Source: an uncultured Gemmatimonadaceae bacterium (GTDB taxonomy: Bacteria; Gemmatimonadota; Gemmatimonadetes; Gemmatimonadales; Gemmatimonadaceae). From it: 64,000 nt of DNA. The position numbers and the translations under genes are program-made. Every line of letters begins with the position of its first letter. Position 1 is the stretch's first letter. Shown piece by piece: positions 48,125-58,455 of the stretch. The notes under the pieces are model-generated. The model was not told the DNA's origin. It worked only from the letters and a program-made list of their open reading frames with translations, and did no database searches. The stretch is taken from contig CAVUDW010000003.1 in NCBI GenBank assembly GCA_963740355.1, positions 1,920,001 through 1,984,000 on the forward strand, given 5' to 3'.

Positions 48125-48780
48125 CGATCCTGCTGATCGTCTCAGCGATTGTCTGCCTTGCAGGCGAGTATCTGCAACTGCCCGCATTGGTGTATGTCGC
48201 GAAACCGTTGGCGACGATCGCTGTGATCCTGATCGCCGCGCGAAGCACACGTCCCGTCAGCGCGCCGTATCAGAGGCTGATCACGGCTGGGCTGGTAGCC
48301 TCGCTTGCCGGCGATGTGTTCCTGATGCTGCCGAGCGACCAGTTCATCGCCGGCCTGGCAAGTTTCCTCGTGGCGCATCTGCTGTACATCGCGGCCTTTG
48401 CGCGGCACGGTGGCGGTGTGCGCGATGCGAAGGGAGCGCTGGTCTTTCTCGCGGCTGGCCTGATGCTGGCCTACCTGTGGCCAACGCTCGGTGCGCTGCG
48501 AATTCCGGTCGTGGTCTATGTGCTGGTCATCGCCACCATGGCATGGCAAGCACTGTCACGATGGCGCAGACTCCGCACCAGTGATGCGCAGCTAGCGGCC
48601 GTTGGCGGCGTGTTGTTCCTCGTCTCCGACTCTGCACTCGCGCTAGGAAAATTCCACGGAGAATTTCCCGACAGCGCGTTGGTGGTGCTGGGTACGTACT
48701 GGGCGGCGCAGTGGTGCATCGCAAGGTCGGTGACGGCGAACGACACGCACTCCGTTCAACAACCGATCACGAACGCCTGA
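48121..48780 (+). CDS. YhhN family lysoplasmalogenase-like membrane protein
   Basis: KP, GDVFL, FLVAH, FLVSD and TYWAAQ. Confidence 0.88.
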   Translation: MTILLIVSAIVCLAGEYLQLPALVYVAKPLATIAVILIAARSTRPVSAPYQRLITAGLVASLAGDVFLMLPSDQFIAGLASFLVAHLLYIAAFARHGGGVRDAKGALVFLAAGLMLAYLWPTLGALRIPVVVYVLVIATMAWQALSRWRRLRTSDAQLAAVGGVLFLVSDSALALGKFHGEFPDSALVVLGTYWAAQWCIARSVTANDTHSVQQPITNA

Positions 48781-48818
48781 TCAGGCCCCTCGACGCAACG
48801 CGGTAAATCGAGGGACGC

Positions 48819-50498
48819 TCATCGCTGCGGATAGAGGTTGGCGCCCAGCGTCACGTCGGCGCCCTGCCATGCTCGCTCGAACGCCTTCTTCGCCTCGCCC
48901 GCCGCGGTGCTGCGCTGGGCCTCGAGGCTGAGGAAGAGGCCATACATCGACCGCGGATTGCCGACATGTTTCGCGAGGTCGGCCCGGAAGACTGCTTCCG
49001 CCTCCTTCGGCTTGCCGGTCGCCAGCAACGCCACGCCGAGTCGCTCGCGCTCGGGGAAGAGCCAATCGGGCGGTTCGTTGTAGCCGAGACGGTCTTCAGC
49101 GGCCACTGCGTCACGGAACGCTGCAACGGCTGCGGTACCGTCGCCCTTCGCTTGCAACAGTCGGCCTTTCAGGTCTGCTGCCGCCACCTTGAGCACGTCA
49201 CCACCCCAGTTCACCGGCCCGACCATCGCATCCTTCGGAACGCGCGTGATGATTTGCGTGAGCGAATCAAGTTCGATCGCGGCTTCACTCACCTTGCCAG
49301 TTTCGGCGAATGCAGCGCCACGTGCCCAACGATGCAGGCCGCTCTGGATCGTTCGCGTGGCGGCGGGCGCCTTGGTCGCAAGGACCGCATCCCACTCGCC
49401 GAAGCGCATCATCACCATCAACTCCTGGGCGGCGAATGGCTCGAGCATCGCCATCTGGTCGGCCATCGGATCCTCGAGCGCCACCGTACGCTTTGCCGCC
49501 AAGTGGGCCTCGGCGCGATTGCCGCCGTACATCGCCGCCGCCGACTCGAACTGCAGGTTGTGCCCGAAGTACGCCATCGCATAGAAGTTCTGCTGACTCG
49601 CGCGCTTGAAGTACGCCTCGTCGACCGCGGCGGCGTCAGCGTTGCTCTTGGCGGCCTTGGCGAACTGGCCGGTGCGGATGTAGATGTGTGCCGGCATGTG
49701 CACCAAGTGGCCAGCTCCCGGCACCAGCGTCTCGAGGCGTGAGGCAGCGTCTGCCGCACGCGACGGCGTCTTCGAGGCTTCCACTGCATGCACGTAGTAG
49801 TGATTGGCCCCGGGATGCTGCGGCTGGCGCTGCAGGACACCTTCGAGCGTGGCGACGATCGCCGGGGTCCAGGCTTCGGGCGTCCCGTCAGCGTGATAGA
49901 GCTTCCACGGATGCAGGTTCATCATGCTCTCGGCATAGAGCGTGGCGACGTCTGCGTCGGTTGGATAGCGCTTTGCGAGCGCACCCATGGCGTCGGAATA
50001 CGCCTGCTCGCGCACCAGTTGATCACCCACCGGATCCGCGACGTATCGTCGCTCCAGCGCCGCCACCAATCCTTGTTCGACGTCGCTGCCATTCGACGCG
50101 AGCTTCATCGCGGTGGCTAGGTGCGTATACGCCTTCTGAATGCGATCGGCCGGCGCCGGGTCGTTGATGTTGCTGCCGAGTGCGAGGGCCATGCCCCATG
50201 GCGGCATCGGCGACTTCGGGTCGAGGGCAGCTGCGCGACTGAATGATGCAAACGCCTCCTCGTGATTGAATCCGTAGAGGAGGTTGAGGCCTTCGTCGAA
50301 GAACTGCTGCGCCTCTGGATTGGCGGTCTTGATCTCGCGGTGATGGGGCCCGAGGTTGCCGAGCAGCGTGGTGCGCGGCGCCGGCACGGTCGCGGCAGCA
50401 GGGGCTGCGGTGTCTGCCTTCCTGGCGGCGTCTCGAGTGCACGCAGTGACTGCAAGAAGTACCGCTCCAGCAAGCGACACGGTGCGCACGATCCGCAT
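48819..50498 (-). CDS. TPR-repeat lipoprotein
   Basis: Lipobox VTAC, YGFNHEEA, HPGANHYYVH, GHLVHMPAHIY and YNEPPDW. Confidence 0.8.
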   Translation of the reverse strand: MRIVRTVSLAGAVLLAVTACTRDAARKADTAAPAAATVPAPRTTLLGNLGPHHREIKTANPEAQQFFDEGLNLLYGFNHEEAFASFSRAAALDPKSPMPPWGMALALGSNINDPAPADRIQKAYTHLATAMKLASNGSDVEQGLVAALERRYVADPVGDQLVREQAYSDAMGALAKRYPTDADVATLYAESMMNLHPWKLYHADGTPEAWTPAIVATLEGVLQRQPQHPGANHYYVHAVEASKTPSRAADAASRLETLVPGAGHLVHMPAHIYIRTGQFAKAAKSNADAAAVDEAYFKRASQQNFYAMAYFGHNLQFESAAAMYGGNRAEAHLAAKRTVALEDPMADQMAMLEPFAAQELMVMMRFGEWDAVLATKAPAATRTIQSGLHRWARGAAFAETGKVSEAAIELDSLTQIITRVPKDAMVGPVNWGGDVLKVAAADLKGRLLQAKGDGTAAVAAFRDAVAAEDRLGYNEPPDWLFPERERLGVALLATGKPKEAEAVFRADLAKHVGNPRSMYGLFLSLEAQRSTAAGEAKKAFERAWQGADVTLGANLYPQR

Positions 50499-50546
50499 GC
50501 TCCCCCCACAGGCGTTGATGGTGTCAGGCGCGAGTTCCGGGCTAAA

Positions 50547-51626
50547 TCATGGCACCGTGAGGAGCTGAAGCAACTCCTCGGCCGCCGCTGCACCTGCCCG
50601 ATTCGCACCAATCGTCGAGGCTGACGGCCCGTAGCCAACGAGATGGACTCGTGGATGGGCCGCCACCTGCGTCGCCAATCGCCCGGTCATCACGATGCCA
50701 CCATCGGGGCCGCGCAGCGCGAGGGGGGCGAGATGATCCAGCGCGCTGCGAAAGCCGGTGCACCAGAGGATGACATCCGCTTCCATCGTCGTGCCATCGT
50801 CCCAGCGCACACCATCTTCCGTGATCTCGGAGAACATTGGGTGGCGTTCGAGCACGCCACGCGCGCGCATCGCCTGCACTGCGGGCGTATCCGGCAGTCC
50901 GGTGACCGAAACCACCGACGCCGGCGGCAAACCACGCCTGACACGATCCTCGACCAGCTTGACGGCAGCACGCCCAGCCTCGGAATCGAACGGTCCGCTG
51001 CGGAACTCGGGCACGCGGCGTGTGACCCACGTGGTCCGTGTCACCTGTGAGACTTCGTCCAGTAACTGGATCGCTGAGATGCCTGCGCCGACGACGATCA
51101 CATGCTTGCCGACGAATTCGTCGGCGGTGTGATAGTCCCTGGTATGCAACTGTCGCCCGCGGAAGCGACTCGCCCCGGGGATTTCCGGAATGAATGGCGT
51201 TTCCCAGGTGCCCGTGGCGTTGATGATTCCACGCGCGGAGATCTCGCCTCGGTTGGACTCGACGACGAAGCGGTCGCCCCGATCGCAGACGACGGAGACG
51301 ATGACCGGTCGGTAGACCGGGAGATCGAACGTCTTTTCGTAGGCAGCGAAATACTGCGGCACGGCGATCGCGGCCTGCACTTCGTTCGCGTGAGTGGCTG
51401 CAGTGCTGACGGCGTCCTCGAACCGCAATCCCGGCAGGTCATGGATCCGGTTCACGGTGCTGAGCGTGAGTGACGGCCAGCGAAACTGCCATGCGCCGCC
51501 AGGTGAGCGCGACTGATCGAGCACGACGTAGCCGAAGACCCGCCTCACACCGAGGCGCTGCAAGTGATACGCAGCGGAGAGTCCCGCCTGACCGGCGCCG
51601 ATGACGACGATATCGGTGCGAATCAC
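50547..51626 (-). CDS. FAD-dependent oxidoreductase/flavin monooxygenase
   Basis: GAGQAG, NATG, QLHT, GAGISA and WCTGF. GTG start at 51626. Confidence 0.88.
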   Translation of the reverse strand: MIRTDIVVIGAGQAGLSAAYHLQRLGVRRVFGYVVLDQSRSPGGAWQFRWPSLTLSTVNRIHDLPGLRFEDAVSTAATHANEVQAAIAVPQYFAAYEKTFDLPVYRPVIVSVVCDRGDRFVVESNRGEISARGIINATGTWETPFIPEIPGASRFRGRQLHTRDYHTADEFVGKHVIVVGAGISAIQLLDEVSQVTRTTWVTRRVPEFRSGPFDSEAGRAAVKLVEDRVRRGLPPASVVSVTGLPDTPAVQAMRARGVLERHPMFSEITEDGVRWDDGTTMEADVILWCTGFRSALDHLAPLALRGPDGGIVMTGRLATQVAAHPRVHLVGYGPSASTIGANRAGAAAAEELLQLLTVP

Positions 51627-51630
51627 CTGC

Positions 51631-54153
51631 CTAGCGGCTCTCCAACCAGAGATCGAGCTCCGCGAAATCCAGTGGCTTGACGAAGTGCACATCGAACCCC
51701 GCTTCGAGCGCCGCCAGTCGATCGCTCTCACGGCCATGTCCGGTGGTGGCGACGAGCACGACCGAGGCGCCAAGTGCGGCGCGTGTGCGACGCGCCACTT
51801 CATAGCCGTCGATGCCACTCAAACCGATGTCGACGATCGCGACCTCGGGCCGTTCGGCGAGGAGCCTCGCCAGCCCCTCGACGCCGTCGCGTGCGACCGT
51901 GACCACATGTCCCCGTGCCTCGAGCACCATCGTGAAGAGTTCGCGCAAATCATCGTTGTCTTCGACCAGCACGATGGTCCGCCCACCTGCGACAGGGGTG
52001 CGCACCGCCTGATCACCTGAGGCACTGGCGGTAACGGCCGCCGGATTCACCCAGATCCGGCTTGCCGTGTAGCACTCGATGATTGCCTGCAGCAGCACAT
52101 CCTGCTTGATCGGCTTGGTGAGAAAGGCGGTGCAGCCTGCTGCCAGGCACTTTTCGCGATCGCCCTTCAGTGCCGACGCCGTGACCGCAATGATCGGTGT
52201 CGACGCACGACCGTTTTGCGCTTCCCACTCCCGAATTGCGCGCGTCGCTGCGAGGCCATCCATCACCGGCATCTGCCGGTCCATCAGCACCATGTCGTAG
52301 TGCGTCGCCTTGAACATCTCACACGCAATCGCACCTGTCTCAGCGACGTCGATCACATAAGGCGTGTGCGCCAGATAGGCCTTCATGATCGTGCAATTGT
52401 CTGGCGAATCCTCGGCCAGGAGGATCCGGAGGGCGGGCAGCGGCGCAGTGTTCAGCGCGCCGATCTTCGCCGTCACGCGACGCATCTTCGCATGACCCAT
52501 CTCGAACGGCACCACGATGGTGAAGGTGCTCCCGACATCGATGGTACTTTCAGCCTCGATCCGGCCGCCCATCAACTCCACCAGGCGCTTCGAGATCGTC
52601 AAGCCCAGCCCTGAGCCGCCAAATCGCCGCGTCGTCGACGAATCAGCCTGCGTGAAACGCTCGAAGATGCGATCGAGCTTCTGGGCGGCAATGCCGATCC
52701 CGGTGTCCGTGACGGTGAAGCGCAATGCCGTCGGCACGGATGCCGTGGGATCACGGGTGACGCGCAGCGTGACTTCACCTGCTTCAGTGAACTTGATCGC
52801 ATTGCCGAGCAGGTTGAGCAGGATCTGCTGCAGCCGGCTGGGATCCCCCAGCAGGTCGGACGGGGCGTCCGTTGCGATCTCGAAGACCAGGTTCAGCCCC
52901 TTCTCGCGCGCCTTGACCGCCACCATCTCATTGACCTTCTCGAGCACGTCGCTCAATGAGAATTCGGTCCGCTCGATCTCCAGCTGCGAGGCCTCGACCT
53001 TCGACAAGTCGAGAATGTCGTTGATCAGGTTGAGCAGGTTGTCGCCCGCGCGGCGGAAGATCCGGACGTACTTGTCCTGCTCCGGGTTGAGCGGCGTATG
53101 CGACAGCAGATCGGCGATGCCCATGATCGCATTCATGGGCGTGCGGATCTCGTGGCTCATGCTGGCCAGGAAATCGGACTTCGTCCGACTCGAGCTTTCG
53201 GCCGCTGCCTTGGCCAGCCGCAGCTCCTCCTCGACACGATTGCGTTCGGTGACATCGCGGGCGGCAGCAAAGACGCCCTGCAGCTTGCGATTGCGGTCGT
53301 AGAAGGTGGTGGCGTTGTACGACACCACGGTCTTCTTGCCGTCACGCGCGTAGGCCGTCAACTCGTAGTCGGTGACCTTCTTCTCGCTCAGGACGCGCTT
53401 GATGCCAGCTTCCGCACGCACTGGATCGGTGAAGTAGTCCTTGAACGGCGCGCCGATCAATTCGTCACGGGTGCAGCCCGTGAGCGCTTCCATCTGCTTG
53501 TTGACGTCGGTGATGATCCCGGACGGATCGGTGGTGATCAGCGCGTCGATGTTGGACTCGATCAGCGAACGCGTGTAGAACTGCTGGTCACGCAGCCGCT
53601 GGTCGAGTTTCTGCCGTTCGGCCTCCACCAGCCGACGGGCGGTGTTATCGGTCCCGATCAGCAAGTAGCCGATGATGCTGTTTGCCGCGTCGCGCAACGC
53701 CGTGACCGAGACCATGGCCGGCAGCCGGCTTCCGTCCTTGCAGACGTAGGTCAGCTCGTAGTTGTCCTCGATGCCCCGCGCCGCCTTGAACACGAGCGCC
53801 TCGAATCCGGGCGTGATCAACGTGTCGAATTCAGCGGTCAGCGCGGCGGCGCGGGCGACCAGCTCCTCACGATCGGAGAGCTCCGCCGGTGTGACGATGT
53901 TGACCATCTCTTCGGCCGAGTAGCCGAGCATGTGCTCGGCACCGACGTTGAAGATCTGGATGACACCGTGTTCGTCGGTGGCGATGCTGGAGAAATTGAC
54001 GCTGTTGGAGATCGCCTTCTGGAGCGCGATGGCCCGCGCTGCGAGTTCGGCATTCGCCAACTTCGCTGCTGCATCCTGTGGCACGGTGTCCGCTCCGGTG
54101 ACGATGACGCACTGCCTGGCTGTCACGGAGGACAAGGAACTCCAGTGCGTCAC
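51631..54153 (-). CDS. Hybrid sensor histidine kinase (PAS-PAS-HisKA-HATPase-REC-REC)
   Basis: SHEIRTP, NAIKFT, DTGIG, GGSGLGL and two receiver domains. Start uncertain. Confidence 0.92.
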   Translation of the reverse strand: MTHWSSLSSVTARQCVIVTGADTVPQDAAAKLANAELAARAIALQKAISNSVNFSSIATDEHGVIQIFNVGAEHMLGYSAEEMVNIVTPAELSDREELVARAAALTAEFDTLITPGFEALVFKAARGIEDNYELTYVCKDGSRLPAMVSVTALRDAANSIIGYLLIGTDNTARRLVEAERQKLDQRLRDQQFYTRSLIESNIDALITTDPSGIITDVNKQMEALTGCTRDELIGAPFKDYFTDPVRAEAGIKRVLSEKKVTDYELTAYARDGKKTVVSYNATTFYDRNRKLQGVFAAARDVTERNRVEEELRLAKAAAESSSRTKSDFLASMSHEIRTPMNAIMGIADLLSHTPLNPEQDKYVRIFRRAGDNLLNLINDILDLSKVEASQLEIERTEFSLSDVLEKVNEMVAVKAREKGLNLVFEIATDAPSDLLGDPSRLQQILLNLLGNAIKFTEAGEVTLRVTRDPTASVPTALRFTVTDTGIGIAAQKLDRIFERFTQADSSTTRRFGGSGLGLTISKRLVELMGGRIEAESTIDVGSTFTIVVPFEMGHAKMRRVTAKIGALNTAPLPALRILLAEDSPDNCTIMKAYLAHTPYVIDVAETGAIACEMFKATHYDMVLMDRQMPVMDGLAATRAIREWEAQNGRASTPIIAVTASALKGDREKCLAAGCTAFLTKPIKQDVLLQAIIECYTASRIWVNPAAVTASASGDQAVRTPVAGGRTIVLVEDNDDLRELFTMVLEARGHVVTVARDGVEGLARLLAERPEVAIVDIGLSGIDGYEVARRTRAALGASVVLVATTGHGRESDRLAALEAGFDVHFVKPLDFAELDLWLESR

Positions 54154-54232
54154 CCAGCTCGCGCAGGGGATTCCTGACGCGGGACGCTTGCTGAACCTAC
54201 ACGAAAGCCGGCCAGGAGGCGTCTGAAACTAT

Positions 54233-57200
54233 ATGCCCATCAGTCCGCTCTCCGCCGCGTATCCGCCCGCTGTGGGAATTTTCGCCAGCGCGTCGGATAT
54301 TGCGCGCATGCAATTCGCAGCAGCTGGCCACTCAGCCGGATCTGGCGCTGGACGTCTCCGACGCAGAGGCGTTCTCGGGCGTGTTCCCCGGTGCGTTCTC
54401 ACGGGCGTTGCGGCTGCGCTGCTGTCCGCCCTGCTGGCACTTGCGGCACCGGCGCGCGCGCAGGAGGTCGGCGCTGGTATTTCAGGCATCGTGCGCGATA
54501 CGGCGGGTGCGGCCTTGGCTGGGGCCTCGATCGAAATCCGACACGAGCCGACCGGCTATCGGCTGCGCACCGTGACCAACGATGCAGGGCGATTCGTGAT
54601 GCTCGGCGTTCCGCTCGGCGGCCCGGTGACCGTCACGGCTCGACGCGTGGGCTACCGGCCGGCGGAGCGGAGAGGGGTCTATCTCACCATCGGTGCGCGG
54701 CCCGCGATCGCGCTGGTCCTTCGGGCCACTGCGACGACGCTCGACGCGGTACTCGTGCGCTCCGCAGCCGAGGAGGGCCGCGACGTGAGGATCGGCGGCA
54801 GCACGCGTGTTTCGCGAGAGCGGATCGATGCGCTGCCGGTCATCGATCGCGACTTCGCAGGTCTGGCGCTGCTCTCACCCCTCGCCGGCGCACAACTTTC
54901 ACTCGGTGGACAGCGGTGGACGTCCACCGACATTCGACTGGATGGCGCGCAGCAGCGAAACATGCTGCGAGCCGGCGCCGCCAATGGTGGCCCGGCGCTG
55001 GTACCGATGGATGCGGTGCGGGAATTCGAGGTGAACACCGCCGTCTTCGATGTGACACAGGGACGGCAGGGTGGAGGCCAGATCGCCGCCGCCACCCGCG
55101 AGGGGACGAATGCCCTCGAGGGTCGCGCGTTCACCTCCTTCCGCAACGAACAGCTCGCGCCATCGACCGACTTTCAGGGCCGCAGCCGGGCCACACGCCA
55201 GGCGACGGTGCGCCAGAGTGGGCTCTCATTCGGCGGACCGATCGTGCGCGATCACGCGCACTTCTTCGTCGCCTACGAACGTCAGGACTCGAATGAGCCC
55301 CTCTACACTGGCGACGTAAGCACCCCGCGTGCGCAGCAAGCAGCCGGGATCAACCGCGACTCCTTGCAGCGAGTGCTCGAAGTTCTCGCCCGTTCGTACG
55401 GCACTGACACGTCGCTGACGCAGCTTGGACGCCTCGATCGCAGCCCCCTGTCGCAAACGCTGCTCGGCCGCGTCGACTGGCAACTCTCGTCGTCAACGCT
55501 CGCGACGATGCGCGGCACGGCCAGTCGGTGGGACAGTCCGTTGAGCGGCGGCGTCGACCAGACGATCGCGTTGCGCGAGGCGCGATCGGACTTCAGCAGC
55601 CGCGAGGCGCAACTCACGACGACCATCGCCAGTGTCCTGGGTCCTGCATCGCATAACGAGGCGCAGCTCACGATCAGTGATTCGCGCCGCGAACTGACAC
55701 CCGCGATCGACGGCCTGCCCCGCGGCTTCGTGCAGGTGCGATCGACGTTGCCCGATGGAACCATCGGCAATGCGACGATTCAGTTTGGCGGCAATCGACT
55801 GGCACCGGACCGAAGTCGTGAATGGTCGGTGGAGTTTCGTGATCGGCTCAGCGTCGAACGTGGCCGGTGGCTGTTCAGCGCCGGCACCGACAACACCATC
55901 AGCGGCACGCGAACTCTGATCGCCGAGGCACAGGGCGGCCTGTTCGTCTTTCCATCGATCGCGGCGCTCGAGACGCTGACACCGAATCGCTTCTCGCGCA
56001 CCGTCCCGCTCAGTGGCACATCACCGGAGACGAGCCAGCGGATCCTCGAACTGGGCGCGTTCTCGCAGGCGGAATGGCACGCGACTGAGCGCATCACACT
56101 CACCGCCGGCGTGCGGTGGGATGCCACGCAGTTCCTGACGGCGCCAGCGCGGAATGCCGCACTTGACGCGGCATTCCGCGTGCGCACTGATCGTGCGCCC
56201 AGCGACTGGAATCAGGTCCAGCCCCGGGCGCAGGTCGTCTGGCGACTCGATGAGCTTGGGAATGACGTGGTGCGGCTTGGTGCTGGCCGATTCTCAGCGC
56301 AGGTGCCGTATTACGCGCAGCACAATCAACTGCTTTACACCGGTACATCTCTCGCCGACGTGGATCGTCGAGGTGCCACGGTGCCGACACCGGATTTTCC
56401 GTCGTATCGGCGTGATCCGTCCAACGTGCCTGGTCTCAACGGCGCTCCGGCACCACCGGCCTACGTGAACGTGACGGGGGACTGGAAGGCACCACGAGTG
56501 GACAAGTTGCTGGTGGCGTGGGAGCGACACTGGGCGGAGCGGTTCTCGACCACCCTCGGCGCGCTGTGGGGACGCAGTACCAACGGCTATCAGTACATCG
56601 ACCGCAACCTGCGCACGACGCCGTCGTTCACATTGTCGAACGAGGCGGGCCGGAGCGTCTGGGTTCCTGCGGCCACGATCGCCGCCGCAACTGGTGTCAC
56701 GGACGTGCGCAACGCATCAGCGAACACGAACTACTCTCGCGTAGTCGCGCTCGAGTCGAATGCCGCCGGTTCACAGGCCTCGCTGACCGCCGAAGCAGAC
56801 ATCGGCGTGTTCCGGCTTGCACACGCGACGATTGGATATGCACTGAGCAAGGCACGCGACAACTCCACCTACGGCTGCTGTCTGGCGCGTACGGCAACGA
56901 CCTTTACGCCGATCCGCGATGATCCGCGAGATCTCGCGCAGGGGTGGGGGCCATCCGATCTCGACACCCGGCATCGGATCGTGACGACAATGCTGCTCAA
57001 GCTGCCGTTCGGCGTGACGGCGGCCGCACGGTATCTCGGTGCCAGCGGGCGGCCGTTCTCGCTGGTGGTGGACGGCGACATCAACGGCGATGAAGCGAAC
57101 GGCAACGACCTCGCCTTCCTGTTCGACCCCAGCAACCCAGGCACGGATCCGGCGGTGGCAGCGTCAATGGCGCGCTTGCTCGCCAATCCAGCCAACATCG

Positions 57201-57568
57201 CGGCCAGGTACATCCGTTCGAATGTTGGCCGGATCTCGCAGCGCAATGCGCTCTACACCCCGTGGACACATCGGGTCGACCTGCGTCTCGCACGCCCGGT
57301 ATTCGTCGGCCGCGGCACCCGGCTGGATGTGACGCTGGACGTGTTCAACGTCGGCAACCTGCTCAATCGCGACTGGGGTGCGCAGTACCTGCTGCCCAGC
57401 GGCATCTCCTCGCAGAACCCGGTCATCAATCGCGTGCCGCTACTGCGTGTGACTGGCTTCGACCCAGCAATACAGCGCTACCGCTATTCAGTGAATGAAA
57501 CGGCCGGCGTGCTGCCCAAGGGCGGCGACCCGTATCAGCTGCAGGCAGGCGTGCGACTCGGCTGGTAG
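54233..57568 (+). CDS. TonB-dependent receptor (Oar-like) with a carboxypeptidase-regulatory N-domain
   Basis: ISGIVRD, FDVTQGRQGGG, GGPI and terminal QAGVRLGW. Start uncertain. Confidence 0.88.
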   Translation: MPISPLSAAYPPAVGIFASASDIARMQFAAAGHSAGSGAGRLRRRGVLGRVPRCVLTGVAAALLSALLALAAPARAQEVGAGISGIVRDTAGAALAGASIEIRHEPTGYRLRTVTNDAGRFVMLGVPLGGPVTVTARRVGYRPAERRGVYLTIGARPAIALVLRATATTLDAVLVRSAAEEGRDVRIGGSTRVSRERIDALPVIDRDFAGLALLSPLAGAQLSLGGQRWTSTDIRLDGAQQRNMLRAGAANGGPALVPMDAVREFEVNTAVFDVTQGRQGGGQIAAATREGTNALEGRAFTSFRNEQLAPSTDFQGRSRATRQATVRQSGLSFGGPIVRDHAHFFVAYERQDSNEPLYTGDVSTPRAQQAAGINRDSLQRVLEVLARSYGTDTSLTQLGRLDRSPLSQTLLGRVDWQLSSSTLATMRGTASRWDSPLSGGVDQTIALREARSDFSSREAQLTTTIASVLGPASHNEAQLTISDSRRELTPAIDGLPRGFVQVRSTLPDGTIGNATIQFGGNRLAPDRSREWSVEFRDRLSVERGRWLFSAGTDNTISGTRTLIAEAQGGLFVFPSIAALETLTPNRFSRTVPLSGTSPETSQRILELGAFSQAEWHATERITLTAGVRWDATQFLTAPARNAALDAAFRVRTDRAPSDWNQVQPRAQVVWRLDELGNDVVRLGAGRFSAQVPYYAQHNQLLYTGTSLADVDRRGATVPTPDFPSYRRDPSNVPGLNGAPAPPAYVNVTGDWKAPRVDKLLVAWERHWAERFSTTLGALWGRSTNGYQYIDRNLRTTPSFTLSNEAGRSVWVPAATIAAATGVTDVRNASANTNYSRVVALESNAAGSQASLTAEADIGVFRLAHATIGYALSKARDNSTYGCCLARTATTFTPIRDDPRDLAQGWGPSDLDTRHRIVTTMLLKLPFGVTAAARYLGASGRPFSLVVDGDINGDEANGNDLAFLFDPSNPGTDPAVAASMARLLANPANIAARYIRSNVGRISQRNALYTPWTHRVDLRLARPVFVGRGTRLDVTLDVFNVGNLLNRDWGAQYLLPSGISSQNPVINRVPLLRVTGFDPAIQRYRYSVNETAGVLPKGGDPYQLQAGVRLGW

Positions 57569-57591
57569 CACGGGCGGCATTGCACACGCGG

Positions 57592-58455
57592 TCAGTTCAT
57601 CTGCAGGCACGCGCGCAGGAAGACTGCTGTCCGATGCGCGTCAGTCACGTCAAGGCCATGCGTGACGACCGGAGCCTGGACACCGGCAGCGACGGTGGCC
57701 TCGAAGTATTGCGGGAAATCGATGGCGCCCTGGCCTGGGGCGACGACACGTCCGTCGCTCGTGCGATCTTTCGCGTGCACGAGGATCACGCGATCGGCCA
57801 CGAGATCGAGCACCGCAGCGATTTCGTCATACTGCAGCGCGGGAGTCCTGAGTGCGCTGAGTGACAGGAGGTTCGCGGCGTCCATCACGATCCCGATCCT
57901 GTCGCTTCCAAACTCGTCGATCAGGCGCCGCGCCGTACCAGCCGAGTCAACGATGTTTCCCGGTTCCGGCTCCACGCCGAGCCGAAGGTCATACCGGTCG
58001 GCAACGTCGATGGCGGCCGACATGCTGACCAGCAAGTCGCGCCAGGCTGCCTCGCTGCCATTGTCCGGATGAAACGCCCATTGATCCGCGCGATTCCGAC
58101 TGCCCGTGCACAACGTGAGAATGGGAATGCCCGCGGTGTGTGCGACTTCAGCCAGAGCGGCGAGAGCCTGTTGTCCGACGATTCTGGCAGGCAGGTCGGG
58201 ATGAATCATGTTGTAGGTCGCCGACAGCGCCACCGGCGCCACTCCGAATTCGGCGCTCGCGTCACGCAGTGCGAGCGCGACGTCTCGCGGGACGACCGTC
58301 GGCAATGGCTCCAGGCCGGAGCAGGCCATGTTGTATTGGACCGCGTCAAAACCCGCGTGGCGTGCCTGCGCCAGCACAGCACGAGGGTCGCTCCCCGCGA
58401 AGGTCTTGGCAAAAATGCCGAGCGGTGTGAGTGGTGGACTTCCGTCGTGTGTCAC
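57592..58455 (-). CDS. Sugar phosphate isomerase/epimerase (AP endonuclease 2 TIM barrel)
   Basis: EPEPGN, MDAAN, HAKD and GAIDF. Confidence 0.88.
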   Translation of the reverse strand: MTHDGSPPLTPLGIFAKTFAGSDPRAVLAQARHAGFDAVQYNMACSGLEPLPTVVPRDVALALRDASAEFGVAPVALSATYNMIHPDLPARIVGQQALAALAEVAHTAGIPILTLCTGSRNRADQWAFHPDNGSEAAWRDLLVSMSAAIDVADRYDLRLGVEPEPGNIVDSAGTARRLIDEFGSDRIGIVMDAANLLSLSALRTPALQYDEIAAVLDLVADRVILVHAKDRTSDGRVVAPGQGAIDFPQYFEATVAAGVQAPVVTHGLDVTDAHRTAVFLRACLQMN